DNA of 64,000 nt from Proteromonas lacertae (taxonomy: Eukaryota). Under the pieces are notes generated by a model. That model had not been told where the DNA came from, made no database searches, and worked only from the letters and a program-made list of their open reading frames with translations. Shown one piece after another: positions 13,746 through 24,112 of this stretch. Every line of letters begins with the position of its first letter. The stretch's first letter is position 1. The DNA is taken from positions 62,001-126,000 of the forward strand of contig NGBS01000312.1 of NCBI GenBank assembly GCA_002245135.1. The letters are read 5' to 3'. The position numbers and the translations under genes are program-made.

Positions 13746-14609
13746 TTAAAACTTAAGACCATGATAGAGTTTTATATCGTTAGTTTTATTTATAATTTCA
13801 TTCCATTTTTCTTCAGATACTCTTGAATTCCACATGAAAGAATCACTTATATATTTATTATCAATGATTTTGTAAGTTAAATTATTAAAAATGACAGTTT
13901 CTGGAACACTAGCTTCTGAAATTGAATGAATTCCATTCTCTAGATTCTTTTTTATTTTCATTACAAGTTTATAACTCCATCTTTGAATAAATTCCTTTGA
14001 TGAATATCCAACAGAACTGTTTGAGTATATATTTCTCCACTTTGCATAATTATTACTACAGCATTTTATATGCGGCCATTGTGAAGCAAAATTAAGATTG
14101 ATTTCAGCTGTTATAAAATCACATTTTGTTGATTCATGTATCTGTAAAAAATCAAACAGCTCACCTGTACAACCAAAATCTTGCTCAATAACCCATATAT
14201 ATTTGAATTTTAAATTGTATTTACTTATTAACTCAATTACTGATTCTGTATGAGAAATGAAAGGATAAAAAATCTCATCTTCCATGTACCGCTGATTACA
14301 ATGACCTGGATCTTTCAATTCTTTTATATGAGGATATCTTTTCATAATCAACTCAGATGAAATTCTTATCACACTAGGAAAATTGAGAAGAAGTGATGTA
14401 TTATAATTTGTTATAATCCAAAATGAATATTTAGGTGATAGTGATTTCATCCATTTCATATATCTTTTTTGCTGAGATAATGAAGGTTTTAAAACTCTCA
14501 CAACAACTCCGATTTCATAATCTTTATATGATTTTAAATAAATAATATAATTATAAGCAACACAGCTTAATATCAGCAACAGAAGAAAGAATAAATAGAC
14601 ATGATTCAT
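13746..14609 (-). CDS. DUF3405-like putative glycosyltransferase, type II membrane, intronless
   Basis: TM anchor; YIWVIEQDFGCTG, SEASVPET and C-terminal KLYHGLKF; paralog of 11753-12627. Confidence 0.6.
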   Translation of the reverse strand: MNHVYLFFLLLLILSCVAYNYIIYLKSYKDYEIGVVVRVLKPSLSQQKRYMKWMKSLSPKYSFWIITNYNTSLLLNFPSVIRISSELIMKRYPHIKELKDPGHCNQRYMEDEIFYPFISHTESVIELISKYNLKFKYIWVIEQDFGCTGELFDFLQIHESTKCDFITAEINLNFASQWPHIKCCSNNYAKWRNIYSNSSVGYSSKEFIQRWSYKLVMKIKKNLENGIHSISEASVPETVIFNNLTYKIIDNKYISDSFMWNSRVSEEKWNEIINKTNDIKLYHGLKF

Positions 14610-15515
14610 AAAAGTATTAATTACCTGTCATTTATTCTTTTATTTTTTATCTTTTATAGAGTATATTATGGTTTATTGTATTTTAATTTTGAAGATAATA
14701 AACATATTTACCACTATCTGTTTGTTACTTCATATTTTCACATTGAAAACTATGGAAAGCATAGTCTTCAAGAATATAGGTTATGGATAAATAGATTCTT
14801 TAGTTTTATAAATGAATCTTTGGTAATATTTACAGATAATAACAAATCATCTACATCTTTCGTTCCTTCCTTCGTAAAAGCATATAAATATGAATATAAG
14901 TCAATATGGGATGTTCCATGTATTAAAAAATACAAAGAAGATTATGTAAAACAACATCAAATTGACAGAGAGAGTTTTCGACACAGTCCTGATGTTTATG
15001 CAATATGGAATTGCAAAATATGTTTTCTAGAAACAGCAGCTAATGATATAGCTAGTAAACTATATATATGGATTGATATAGGAACATTTAGAGATCCTGC
15101 TCCTTTTGATTCAATTCCATCATTAAAAGCTATCAACATCTTATATACATTTCAATCAATGTTCTTTTTTACAGTTTATAATCAAACATTTAAACTAAAA
15201 AATAAAACAGAATTAGTTGTTAGAGATTGGATTGAAGGAACTAGTTTTGGAGGAAATAAAAAATCAATTAATAGATATTATGAAGAATTTTGGAAATTAC
15301 ATGATTATTTTTTGAACAAGAATCAGTTTGTAGGTAAAGATCAAACGCTATACAACACAATAGCATTGTATATTCTAAAAGTGACTTTGATAAGAGTTCA
15401 CAATCTTAATATGTGTATGGGAAATAATTGGTGGAGGTTTCAATGTTTTTTAGTGGGTTTAAATTTAGATTTATTGAAAGAAGTAGATATAAATGATTAT
15501 ATTATTAATAAATGA
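14601..15515 (+). CDS. HtrL/YibB (WlaTC)-like putative glycosyltransferase, type II membrane, intronless
   Basis: FVTSYF, LVIFTD, HSPDVYAIWNCK, WIDIGTFR, EGTSFGG and GKDQTLYN motifs. Confidence 0.7.
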   Translation: MIHKSINYLSFILLFFIFYRVYYGLLYFNFEDNKHIYHYLFVTSYFHIENYGKHSLQEYRLWINRFFSFINESLVIFTDNNKSSTSFVPSFVKAYKYEYKSIWDVPCIKKYKEDYVKQHQIDRESFRHSPDVYAIWNCKICFLETAANDIASKLYIWIDIGTFRDPAPFDSIPSLKAINILYTFQSMFFFTVYNQTFKLKNKTELVVRDWIEGTSFGGNKKSINRYYEEFWKLHDYFLNKNQFVGKDQTLYNTIALYILKVTLIRVHNLNMCMGNNWWRFQCFLVGLNLDLLKEVDINDYIINK

Positions 15516-15543
15516 TACATACTTGATTTATTTATTTTTCATT

Positions 15544-16487
15544 TTATGATTTTACACTTTTATGATACTTAATATATTCTTTATATTTTTTCTTTCTCAT
15601 TTCACTGCCGTGCCACAATAAAGGTAATTATTATGTGGAGTAAAATTGTCTTTTGTGAATGGGATAGGATAATGTAGCAATAGTGCATATCCATAACCAT
15701 GATGTTTTAGATGTACATTATACTTAAATTTATTAGAATATACAAAGTAATTTAAAATACCTTGATCTGTTGTTATTAGTCCTATTGTTTTCATATAATC
15801 ACAGAAATCAGATATAAATTTCTTCATTTCTGTGTATGATCCAATAATCTGTCCAGCATTAATAATTGGATTAGTCAATATTTCCTTAGATGGATTATAT
15901 GAACTTATCCACCTCAAATTATAATCATCTGCTAAGAATCCCTTTTTATTGTTTCGTATATATACTTCTTGTTGTAAATAAACTCCTTGTGATTTATAGA
16001 AAGTGAATGGATCTTTTTGAAACATAATATCTCTTATGTCACAAGTTATTATATAATTGTATTTGTAACCGTATTTTTTAATCCAAGTATTAATCACAAA
16101 GAAACGAATAGTAACATAAAAAATACTGTCATTCCTTGATATAAATTTTGGAACATTCTGAGACAATTCATCGTAAGATATTGGGTATTGCAGATGATTT
16201 GGTTGATAATATGGATATTCATCTTATAATTGAATTCCACATACTTTACCTTTTAGTAACATTAGCTTGGCAAAAGTGATAGTAACATTATCACTAAAAA
16301 TTAATAGATATGTTGGTGATACTTTCTTTAATGTAATGAAGAACATTTTTAAACTAGAAATAGAATATCCTTTACAGAACACGATAACTATATTGCCTAA
16401 TATGTCATTCTTTTTAAGATACAAATATATAATAATCAAAACAAATGTAAGTAAATAGAAATATAAAAATAACAGACAGTTATTCAT
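15544..16487 (-). pseudogene. Pseudogenised paralog of the 9133-10140 GT-A-like gene
   Basis: TCDIRDIMFQKDPF, IINAG and TDQGILNY are retained. There is an in-frame TAA at 16224-16226, and a frameshifting deletion near 15615 removes the segment equivalent to ACIHGWD. Confidence 0.8.
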
Positions 16488-16509
16488 GTTTTGTAAGTAT
16501 TTTATAGTT

Positions 16510-17457
16510 TCATGTTTTTCTAAATGCTATGATTCCTTCATGTCTGTTCCATCTCTCTCCATAATATTCCAATTGTTCAAAGTTTGCCATTAAATATTTT
16601 AATCTCTCTGGTCCATAATATCGGTGACAATTCCAAAGTATACTTGATTTATTTGCAAATGGAACTCCAAGAAAGAACAAACCATTTTTCTTTAACATAC
16701 AATATATTTCTTCAACAGCATTTATATCTCCATCTGGCTCTAATTCATCTCCATATCTTCCTAACCCAGAATGTTCTAATGAAGAAAATGATATAACAAA
16801 ATCAAATTTTATATTTTCTTTTAATGTTTTTTCTGCAAATTCTTTAGGTGTATATACTTTTATTAAAGGAATATTTGAAATGATTTTTCCATATTCTATA
16901 GTTGTTATTGATGAGGGTTTTTTAGTTGTTAAAATTGCCTCAATCCAAGGAGTTTCTGATCCAATAACAACACCATTTTTGTTTTGTAAATCATAATGTT
17001 TTAGACAATTTCTAACTAATTCTTCATGTTCTAAACAATATGTACCAAATTTTATATGACTATTATATTTATTAACCATATCATCTATTATTGATTGATT
17101 CCATTCATTTATTAATGCTTTTTCACCTGAATATCTTTGAGCCATATAATGAACACCTTCTATCGGCATTTCTCCGTTTTGAGTAAAATTACTAAGTAAA
17201 TGATCTGGAGGGTATTTAGGAGGTGGCCATACAGTAGCAGATTTTCTATTCATCATCCTTTCATAAACTTTATTGCAAGTTACACATTTACTAATATACG
17301 GAAAATATTTTGGTTGAATATTACTTTCTCCACATTCCTTTATATCATTTGAGGTAATTTTGCTAGCATAATATTCTTTACTATCTGCATTTGATAGAAA
17401 ATAAATAGTTAATAAACAAATTGCTATTATAATTACTATAATAAAATAATAGTTCAT
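16510..17457 (-). CDS. DUF268 family (SAM-dependent methyltransferase-like), type II membrane, intronless
   Basis: VIGSETPWIEAI, TIEY, FDFVISFSSLEHSGLGRYGD.L.PDGD, LKKNGLFFLGVP and HRYYG. Confidence 0.85.
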   Translation of the reverse strand: MNYYFIIVIIIAICLLTIYFLSNADSKEYYASKITSNDIKECGESNIQPKYFPYISKCVTCNKVYERMMNRKSATVWPPPKYPPDHLLSNFTQNGEMPIEGVHYMAQRYSGEKALINEWNQSIIDDMVNKYNSHIKFGTYCLEHEELVRNCLKHYDLQNKNGVVIGSETPWIEAILTTKKPSSITTIEYGKIISNIPLIKVYTPKEFAEKTLKENIKFDFVISFSSLEHSGLGRYGDELEPDGDINAVEEIYCMLKKNGLFFLGVPFANKSSILWNCHRYYGPERLKYLMANFEQLEYYGERWNRHEGIIAFRKT

Positions 17458-17498
17458 ATAAAAAAAAACATTATTAGTAAAATATCATTTTTACAATT

Positions 17499-18004
17499 AT
17501 GTATATTTTTGCATGAAAGAGTGTTCCCACCTTCTAACACTGTTGTTGAGTATAAACATGATAAAGATATGAAATTAACTGATATTGATATGTTTAAAAT
17601 TAATATATCTTGTCAAACTCAAAATGGACATGCTAGAAAGTATGTTATAGCTAATCCATTAAAAATATCATGCTTGGAAATACACAATGTGGCATGTCAT
17701 TCAGATATAACACAAACTACTATAGAATCAAAATATGCGTATAATAGACATACCAGACATCTCAATCCTGATATAAATAAGCTTTGTCCTACATTCATAA
17801 AAAATGAAATGGATGAAATGTCAATAAGAATAAATCAAAAATCAAAAAGAATCAAGTCAAGCCTAATTTAATTTTTAATTTTTGTTATTTATGTTATTAA
17901 TGAGTTATTCAATATCACTTTGCTTTTATATGTAATACTGAATGTATCATTGTTATGTTTAACCGATTTGTGATAGAAAAAGTTGTATTACTAAGAAGAT
18001 TTGT
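17499..18004 (+). repeat. Direct repeat copy 2: 5'-truncated fragment of the GT92-like gene
   Basis: Its translation RVFPPSNTVVEY..KRIKSSLI is identical to the C-terminus of 10183-11316; the upstream part of the gene is absent. Confidence 0.95.
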
Positions 18005-18047
18005 AGATACTTAGAATTAGATATAGATACAACAATTTGATAATTCA

Positions 18048-18961
18048 TTATAAATTTAGTTTGTGAGTATTATACTTATTTACAAATTTTGTTTCAAGCT
18101 CTTTAGATGTATGAAAACCTATTATATGGCCTAAACTAAATCTATCAAGTGAATAATTCGGACAATTATCAGTGTTTAGTAAATAATTATTTCCAATTAG
18201 ATATGTACTAAAGCCATATTTATTCAAATAATGTATTACATTAGATTCATACTCTTTACAATATCCTTGATGATATTCTAGATATATAATTTTTATTTTT
18301 TTATTTTCCAATATGTACTTTGAATTATACATTATATCATCTTCAAATCCTTCTGTATCTAATTTGAAAAATAAGATTTCCATATCGTTTGCTATTAATA
18401 TTATAATATAATTATACAATATTTTTTATAAAATGAATCAGCAGTCATATATTTTATATCAAATTCATTTAATAACCTTCCTGGATATAAATAATCACCT
18501 GTATTTCCTTCTTTGTAAGTATGTGACATTTTATCACCATTAAAAGATCCTAATGCAATGTTATATAGTTTAATATTCTTTGTTGTATTAAACTTTCTAT
18601 TTAATTCTTGAAAATTAGAGTTTAATGGTTCAATAGTGTGTATGATACTTTCAGGATAATAATCATAAAACAATTTTGTAACATCTCCAATATTTCCTCC
18701 AATATCATATATACATTGATTGTTTGTTAAAGTTGGAAATATTTCTTTAACTAATGGAAAAAGCTTTGTTCTTATGTCATGATCAGATAAATGCCCATGT
18801 CTAGACTCAAAATTTTCCCAATATAAGTCCAAATAATCTATACATTTTTTATATTTTTTTAAATTTTTACTTATATCAATTCTACTATTTTCTCTATAGT
18901 AAAATAACAATACAATTATGAATAATAATGAAACAAACAACAATGGAAGAATATATTTCAT
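18048..18961 (-). CDS. FkbM-family SAM methyltransferase, type II membrane, 1 intron
   Basis: TM anchor; YDIGGNIG, IEP..NF, NIALG, KLDTEGFE and YLEYH; 26-nt intron at 18392-18417 joins the two ORFs. Confidence 0.85.
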
Positions 18962-19059
18962 TTAAAAATATATTTATAACATTATCAACATTTACAATAG
19001 TCCATAACATGTTATATGATAGAAAACAAGGAATTATGGTTTATAGAAAAACATAAATT

Positions 19060-20247
19060 CTAAACAAATTCCTTTTTTAATAGTTTATAATAAATTGATA
19101 TGGATCTATGTTGCAATATATTTTCAAATGATGAATTATTATAAGTGATAAGTGATGAATCAGGACAAGTTTTTTTAAATGGCCCTACAATATGTCTGGT
19201 ATGCCTTACATAAGCAAAATCGCTAGGAATAAATTGATGATTGGTAGTTACTTTATCCTTAACAAAATGAACTTCTGCTTTATAGATTTTACTAGTGTTG
19301 TAAATTAAATACTTACATGCACATCCGTTTGTTGTAGGACAATAATTATTTATAGAAAATATATCAATATCAGATAGTGAAATATTATGATCATCACCCT
19401 CAGGAAGTTTAGCATCTATCTTGTAGAAAAATTGATGTATGTGGAAATAATCCATTTTTGGTAGTGTTTTAAATAGATCATGATAGTTATTAGATTTAAC
19501 AGGCCATAATATTTCATCTACATCTAAAGCCATAATGTGATTAGAAGGGGTTTTATATTCATAGAAACAATGATTAATTTTCCACATCTGTAAATAATAT
19601 ATGAATTCATAAACATCATTCTCTATTTCTTTAAATCTGCTATCTATTGTATTATTATACTGATAAATATCAACAAATCCTAATTTTTTGTAATAATTCA
19701 ACACATTTATTACATCATTTGATGATGAATGATAGTTCACAACAATTTTTGATATACCAAATTTGATATATGATTCAATCAACTGAATAAGCATAAGTGG
19801 TCTTTTTAATTTTGCCACAATTGGAATACAAACAACAAATGAATCTGAATCTTTCCTTTTTCTTTGATTAAATGTGATAGATACATTATTAAGCTGTAGA
19901 TTTGCCGGTATTTCATCTATTCTAGTATGCATCTCAATTCTGTAATAAAAAATACTTCCCTCATGCTGCATTTTTGGATAACATACATCTTTTAAAGCAG
20001 TATACATAATAACACACTTCCAAAATGAAATATTATGTGAATCTGAATATAATATCAAATGTATAGCATTTTCATAATCTATATAATGTGCTGAAGTAAT
20101 GTATTTGTTATAACCTAAACTATAAGTGGGAATTATGGTGGAACTAATATTATTTTTTTCTTTACACCAAGTACTATGAATTGAGTATTCATATAGAATA
20201 ATTATTATAACAATCACACTAAATACAATTAGTTGATAGACTATCAT
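19060..20247 (-). CDS. Glycosyltransferase family 92 / DUF23-like paralog, intronless
   Basis: VVCIP..LIQLIESYIKFGISKIVVNY, QMWKINHCFYEY, LDVDEILWP and RHTRH are shared with 10183-11316. Confidence 0.75.
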   Translation of the reverse strand: MIVYQLIVFSVIVIIIILYEYSIHSTWCKEKNNISSTIIPTYSLGYNKYITSAHYIDYENAIHLILYSDSHNISFWKCVIMYTALKDVCYPKMQHEGSIFYYRIEMHTRIDEIPANLQLNNVSITFNQRKRKDSDSFVVCIPIVAKLKRPLMLIQLIESYIKFGISKIVVNYHSSSNDVINVLNYYKKLGFVDIYQYNNTIDSRFKEIENDVYEFIYYLQMWKINHCFYEYKTPSNHIMALDVDEILWPVKSNNYHDLFKTLPKMDYFHIHQFFYKIDAKLPEGDDHNISLSDIDIFSINNYCPTTNGCACKYLIYNTSKIYKAEVHFVKDKVTTNHQFIPSDFAYVRHTRHIVGPFKKTCPDSSLITYNNSSFENILQHRSISIYYKLLKKEFV

Positions 20248-20267
20248 TTATTTTAATATATACTTTT

Positions 20268-21361
20268 ATGGTTTATAATTATTTTTCATTTATTTTTGTA
20301 TTGTGGTTATTAATATTATTATATTTGTATAAATGTGTAAAAAATAATAAAGAGAAAAGAATTTTTATAAATGAAGTAATATTAAGTGGGTTGGGAAATA
20401 GATTGCTAGGATTATCTGGATCTTTCATTCTAGCTCAAATTACATATAGAAAACTATATGGTATTAATTATTTGGTTTATTAATAGTATTTCATTATGAA
20501 TACCTTACAGATTATATCGAATATTCACAATACTATACTCCCGTGTATAATCTAACACATAACTATACTCGTATTGATATAAAATGGGATGGATATTGCG
20601 GTAATTTATGCAATTTTTATAATGAATTTGCTAAGTCTAATAGAAAGGAATATATTTTTACTAATCAATTAGACATGATTCCAACTATGGTTAGATGTAA
20701 AATAATGAAGAAATGGTTTTATAATAACAAATATATTGAACATTTTGATGAGAATAATGAAAATCTACTTACCATACAAATCAATCATAAAATATATACA
20801 GAAATAATAGTATTGAAAAATAAAATTAGAAATAAGGTTAATTCTTTCATACAACCATATATTAATGACTGTAGAATAGGTTTACAATTCAGAGATGAAG
20901 AAGGTTGTGTTGTTTGGAATAGATGTAGTGTGAATAATAAAACAGTGAATAATTTGCTTTTACACATTTCTAGATTCAGCAATAACAGAAAGTGTTGGTT
21001 GTTTATTAGCAGTTCAAATAAATTGTTGATCAATGAAATATCTTCAAGATATAAACGAACAATTTCATTTTTGCCTAATGTAACAGCAACACATAGTTCA
21101 GTACTTTATAATAGCGGCACTTTTGATAAAACTATGGGTGATTTGATATTTCCTAGTATGACAAACCATTTAATTATTAGCACTCACAGCACATATTCGA
21201 AAGCTATTCTATACTTGTTTTATAAAAACGAAATGAGAAATAACCTATTTGAAAATTTTGTGTTTATTAATAGAGATGGAGAAGTAGATAGATACGAACC
21301 ATACACAGAGTTAAGTGATAATATAACAAATAATAGATGCATATATTTCCCTATTTTGTGA
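20268..21361 (+). CDS. Fucosyltransferase-like paralog, 1 intron
   Basis: SGLGNRLLG, IGLQFRD, LFISSS and LIISTHSTYS; 26-nt intron at 20461-20486, the same position as in 12657-13744. Confidence 0.75.
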
Positions 21362-21406
21362 AATTATTGTTTGAAAATATTTAATGTGTATAAAGATTGA
21401 TCAATA

Positions 21407-22084
21407 ATGAAATTTAGAGATGATATTGAAGGTTTAAGAGGTATTTCCATTTTATATGTATTATTATTTCATTATTATTCTTCAATCTTCAAAAATGGAG
21501 TATATGGAGTTGATATTTTATTTGTAATATCTGGGTTTGTTATTACTAATAGTATTATTAGAAAGGATTTTTCATGTTTAAAATTTTATCAAAGAAGGAT
21601 CTATAGAATATATCCAGCAGCTTATATATGTTTGTGGTGGATATTGTTAGACAATATTCACTTTTATAAAAATATAACCTTATTAAAAGAAATTCAATCT
21701 GCATCTGTTTATTTGGCTAATATTAGATTTTATATAACCTCAGTCAATTATTTTAACTCAGATTATGCTTCACCGATCTTACATTTTTGGTCTTTGTCTA
21801 TAGAGAACCAATTTTATTTATTTTATCCTATAATATTTATGTTCTTCAATAAAATCTTTGAGTATATAATAGTATTGATGATAGTTATATCTTATTCACT
21901 TTTATGTATATATTATAAAGAATATAAAGAATATTCATATTTTCTGATAGATACTAGAATATGGGAAATTCTGTTGGGATGTTTATCATTCATTTTGTAT
22001 AAACAATATAAGTTGTCAACACCTATATTATTTTATATTCAGCATGCTTATTTATTTTTATATTATGTTTTTCTTACACGTTAA
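21407..22084 (+). pseudogene. Acyltransferase_3 (OafA/YrhL-like O-acyltransferase), C-terminally truncated
   Basis: FRDDIEGLRGISIL, GVDILFVISGF, FYQRRIYRIYP, HFWSLSIENQFY and TRIWEILLG. Only 225 aa, and it ends overlapping the next gene. Confidence 0.8.
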
Positions 22085-22857
22085 TAAAATTACAGAAAAC
22101 AATTTTGCTGTTTGTAACTCTAAGAATATTCTTAAAAAAAAAGAAAGAAAGATATATGGAAAGTTGGCAACTTCATTGATTTAGGTGGAAATAATGGTGA
22201 TTCATTACTATGGTTTTACAACAAACATATACCTGGTCATTATTCTTATGTTCCTTATCCTGATATTACTATGAACATAGATAAGAATTTTAACACTTAT
22301 GTATTTGAAGCAAATCCAAATTCATGTGATGGTATTTATAAAGCTGTTGATTTCATAAAAAATCATACGAAATTAGTGAATTTTAAAGTATTTTGTCCAG
22401 TAATTGTAAGTACATTTCAGGGAACAGAGAAAATGACTGTAGATCCAGATCCTCAAAGATCATCTAAATATTATGATGCAAATGGTAAACTAAACAACAA
22501 TAGAAAAACCTACATTTTACCAGTTATTAATATTACAAAGTTTATTTCAGAAAAGATTAAATTTGATGATTTCAATATAATGAAATTTGATGTAGAAGGA
22601 GAAGAACATTTTATTGTTCCGGAATTAATTAAAAAAACCAATTAACCAAATTCGATGTACTATATTCAGAATTTCATAATGAAGAATTAAATAATCCCGC
22701 TAAAGAAAAAGGAAAATTAAATTATTATAACTTTTTAAATTATACAAAAACGTATGGTATAGATAGTTTTGAAGAAGGTAGAATCACTGAACAACAAAAG
22801 CAATATCATTTAGATAATCTTAAAGAGTTATTGTCATGCAGAAAAGGTTTATTTTAG
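22044..22857 (+). pseudogene. Second FkbM-like methyltransferase with two 1-nt frameshifts in A-runs
   Basis: FIDLGGNNGDS, FEANP, MKFDVEGEE and LYSEFH. One extra A at 22134-22142 and one at 22631-22637 would restore a single ORF from ATG 22044 to TAG 22857. Confidence 0.7.
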
Positions 22858-23211
22858 ATTAGAAGTAAATAATAGTAAATATACTTTAATATTGTAAAGT
22901 TATTTGTTAATAATAATAATTTATTATATATAAAAACGTACTGGAATTTAAAAACATTGGATATACATTTTTGACATTACATCAAAGTAAAGGAATAATA
23001 TGATAATAAATTCTGAATTAGTTGCTGCAATTTATTTATGCCGAAAAAATGAGATATTTATAGATTAAATATAAAATTTACCTCTGGCTTGAAGAGAATC
23101 AAGCTTTTGTTTTTCTTTCATAGTTTTTGGAGTTGTATTTGTTTCTATCAAATAATCTATCGTTATAAACATAATAAACAAATAGAAAATTAAAATAATA
23201 CAAATTATTTT

Positions 23212-24042
23212 CTACTTACGAACAGGATCTTGACTATGTATTTCATTATGATATTCAGGAACATTAATTTTCTCAATAAATTCCATTATTACTGGTAATA
23301 AAGCATTTCTAGACTTATCTAACTCTTCTAAACGGTTATACTCAGGATTAGAGTAATCATGAATTATTGAAACAATTGCACAACAAGATATCTTCAATTC
23401 ATTTGCTAATACTAATTCGGGTGGTATATAGGATGATACAACCTATTTATAACGCATTTTTATAAAAATCAAATAATATACTTCACAACCACTAGAAGCA
23501 ACATGTTTCAATTCACAGCCAGTCATATTTCTAGGTCCGGGAAAATAATATGCATTGACACATTGATCGCTTGGTATTATATGTGATAATTGATCAACAA
23601 TTTTAGTATTTATTAATCCGTTTGTGATTTTCAAAAGAATATCTTTTTTACCACTTGTCTTTGCTTCATACATTGTACATGGTATTCCATTTGGCAGAGT
23701 GTTGGTTGGGAAAAATATATCTTTAACGAAGTACAGCTGATTAGGTAGATCTACAGCTGCTACCACTGAATCAACTGTTAAAAGACAATCACAGCCAAGT
23801 ACTCTTAATGCAGCAAATATTGCTTTGAATGGAACTTGATGAGGAAGTAGGCAAGGAGGTATTTCATTTCTTGGGACAACAATGACACTATCATTATATC
23901 TGAATAGCTCTATTGGACCAAAATCTGTCACTACATTAATCTATATAGTAACAAAATAAGGTAAGTGTACTGGTTCTAATAGTGAACCATTCAATGTTAA
24001 TCCACTATAGAATGATGTATCAAGAATAACTGCTATAACCAT
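23212..24042 (-). CDS. Divergent MTAP/purine nucleoside phosphorylase-like protein (may have further 3' exons to ~22950)
   Basis: TDFGP, LPHQVPFKAIFAALRVLGC, GPRNMTGCE and PPELVLANELKISCCAI..DY resemble MTAP motifs; introns near 23941-23970 and 23443-23481. Confidence 0.6.
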
Positions 24043-24112
24043 TGAGAAAAATAAAAAATAAATGATAAAATGAAACGACTATATTTTTATTTAAGAAAGA
24101 TTTTTTGATTGA

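Noticed and set aside
16224..16226. In-frame TAA here and at 59845-59847 as evidence of stop-codon reassignment or readthrough
   Set aside because: TAA, TAG and TGA all terminate conserved genes at the expected positions (LSM3, MTR4, TRAPPC5, V-ATPase), and both affected genes carry other lesions.
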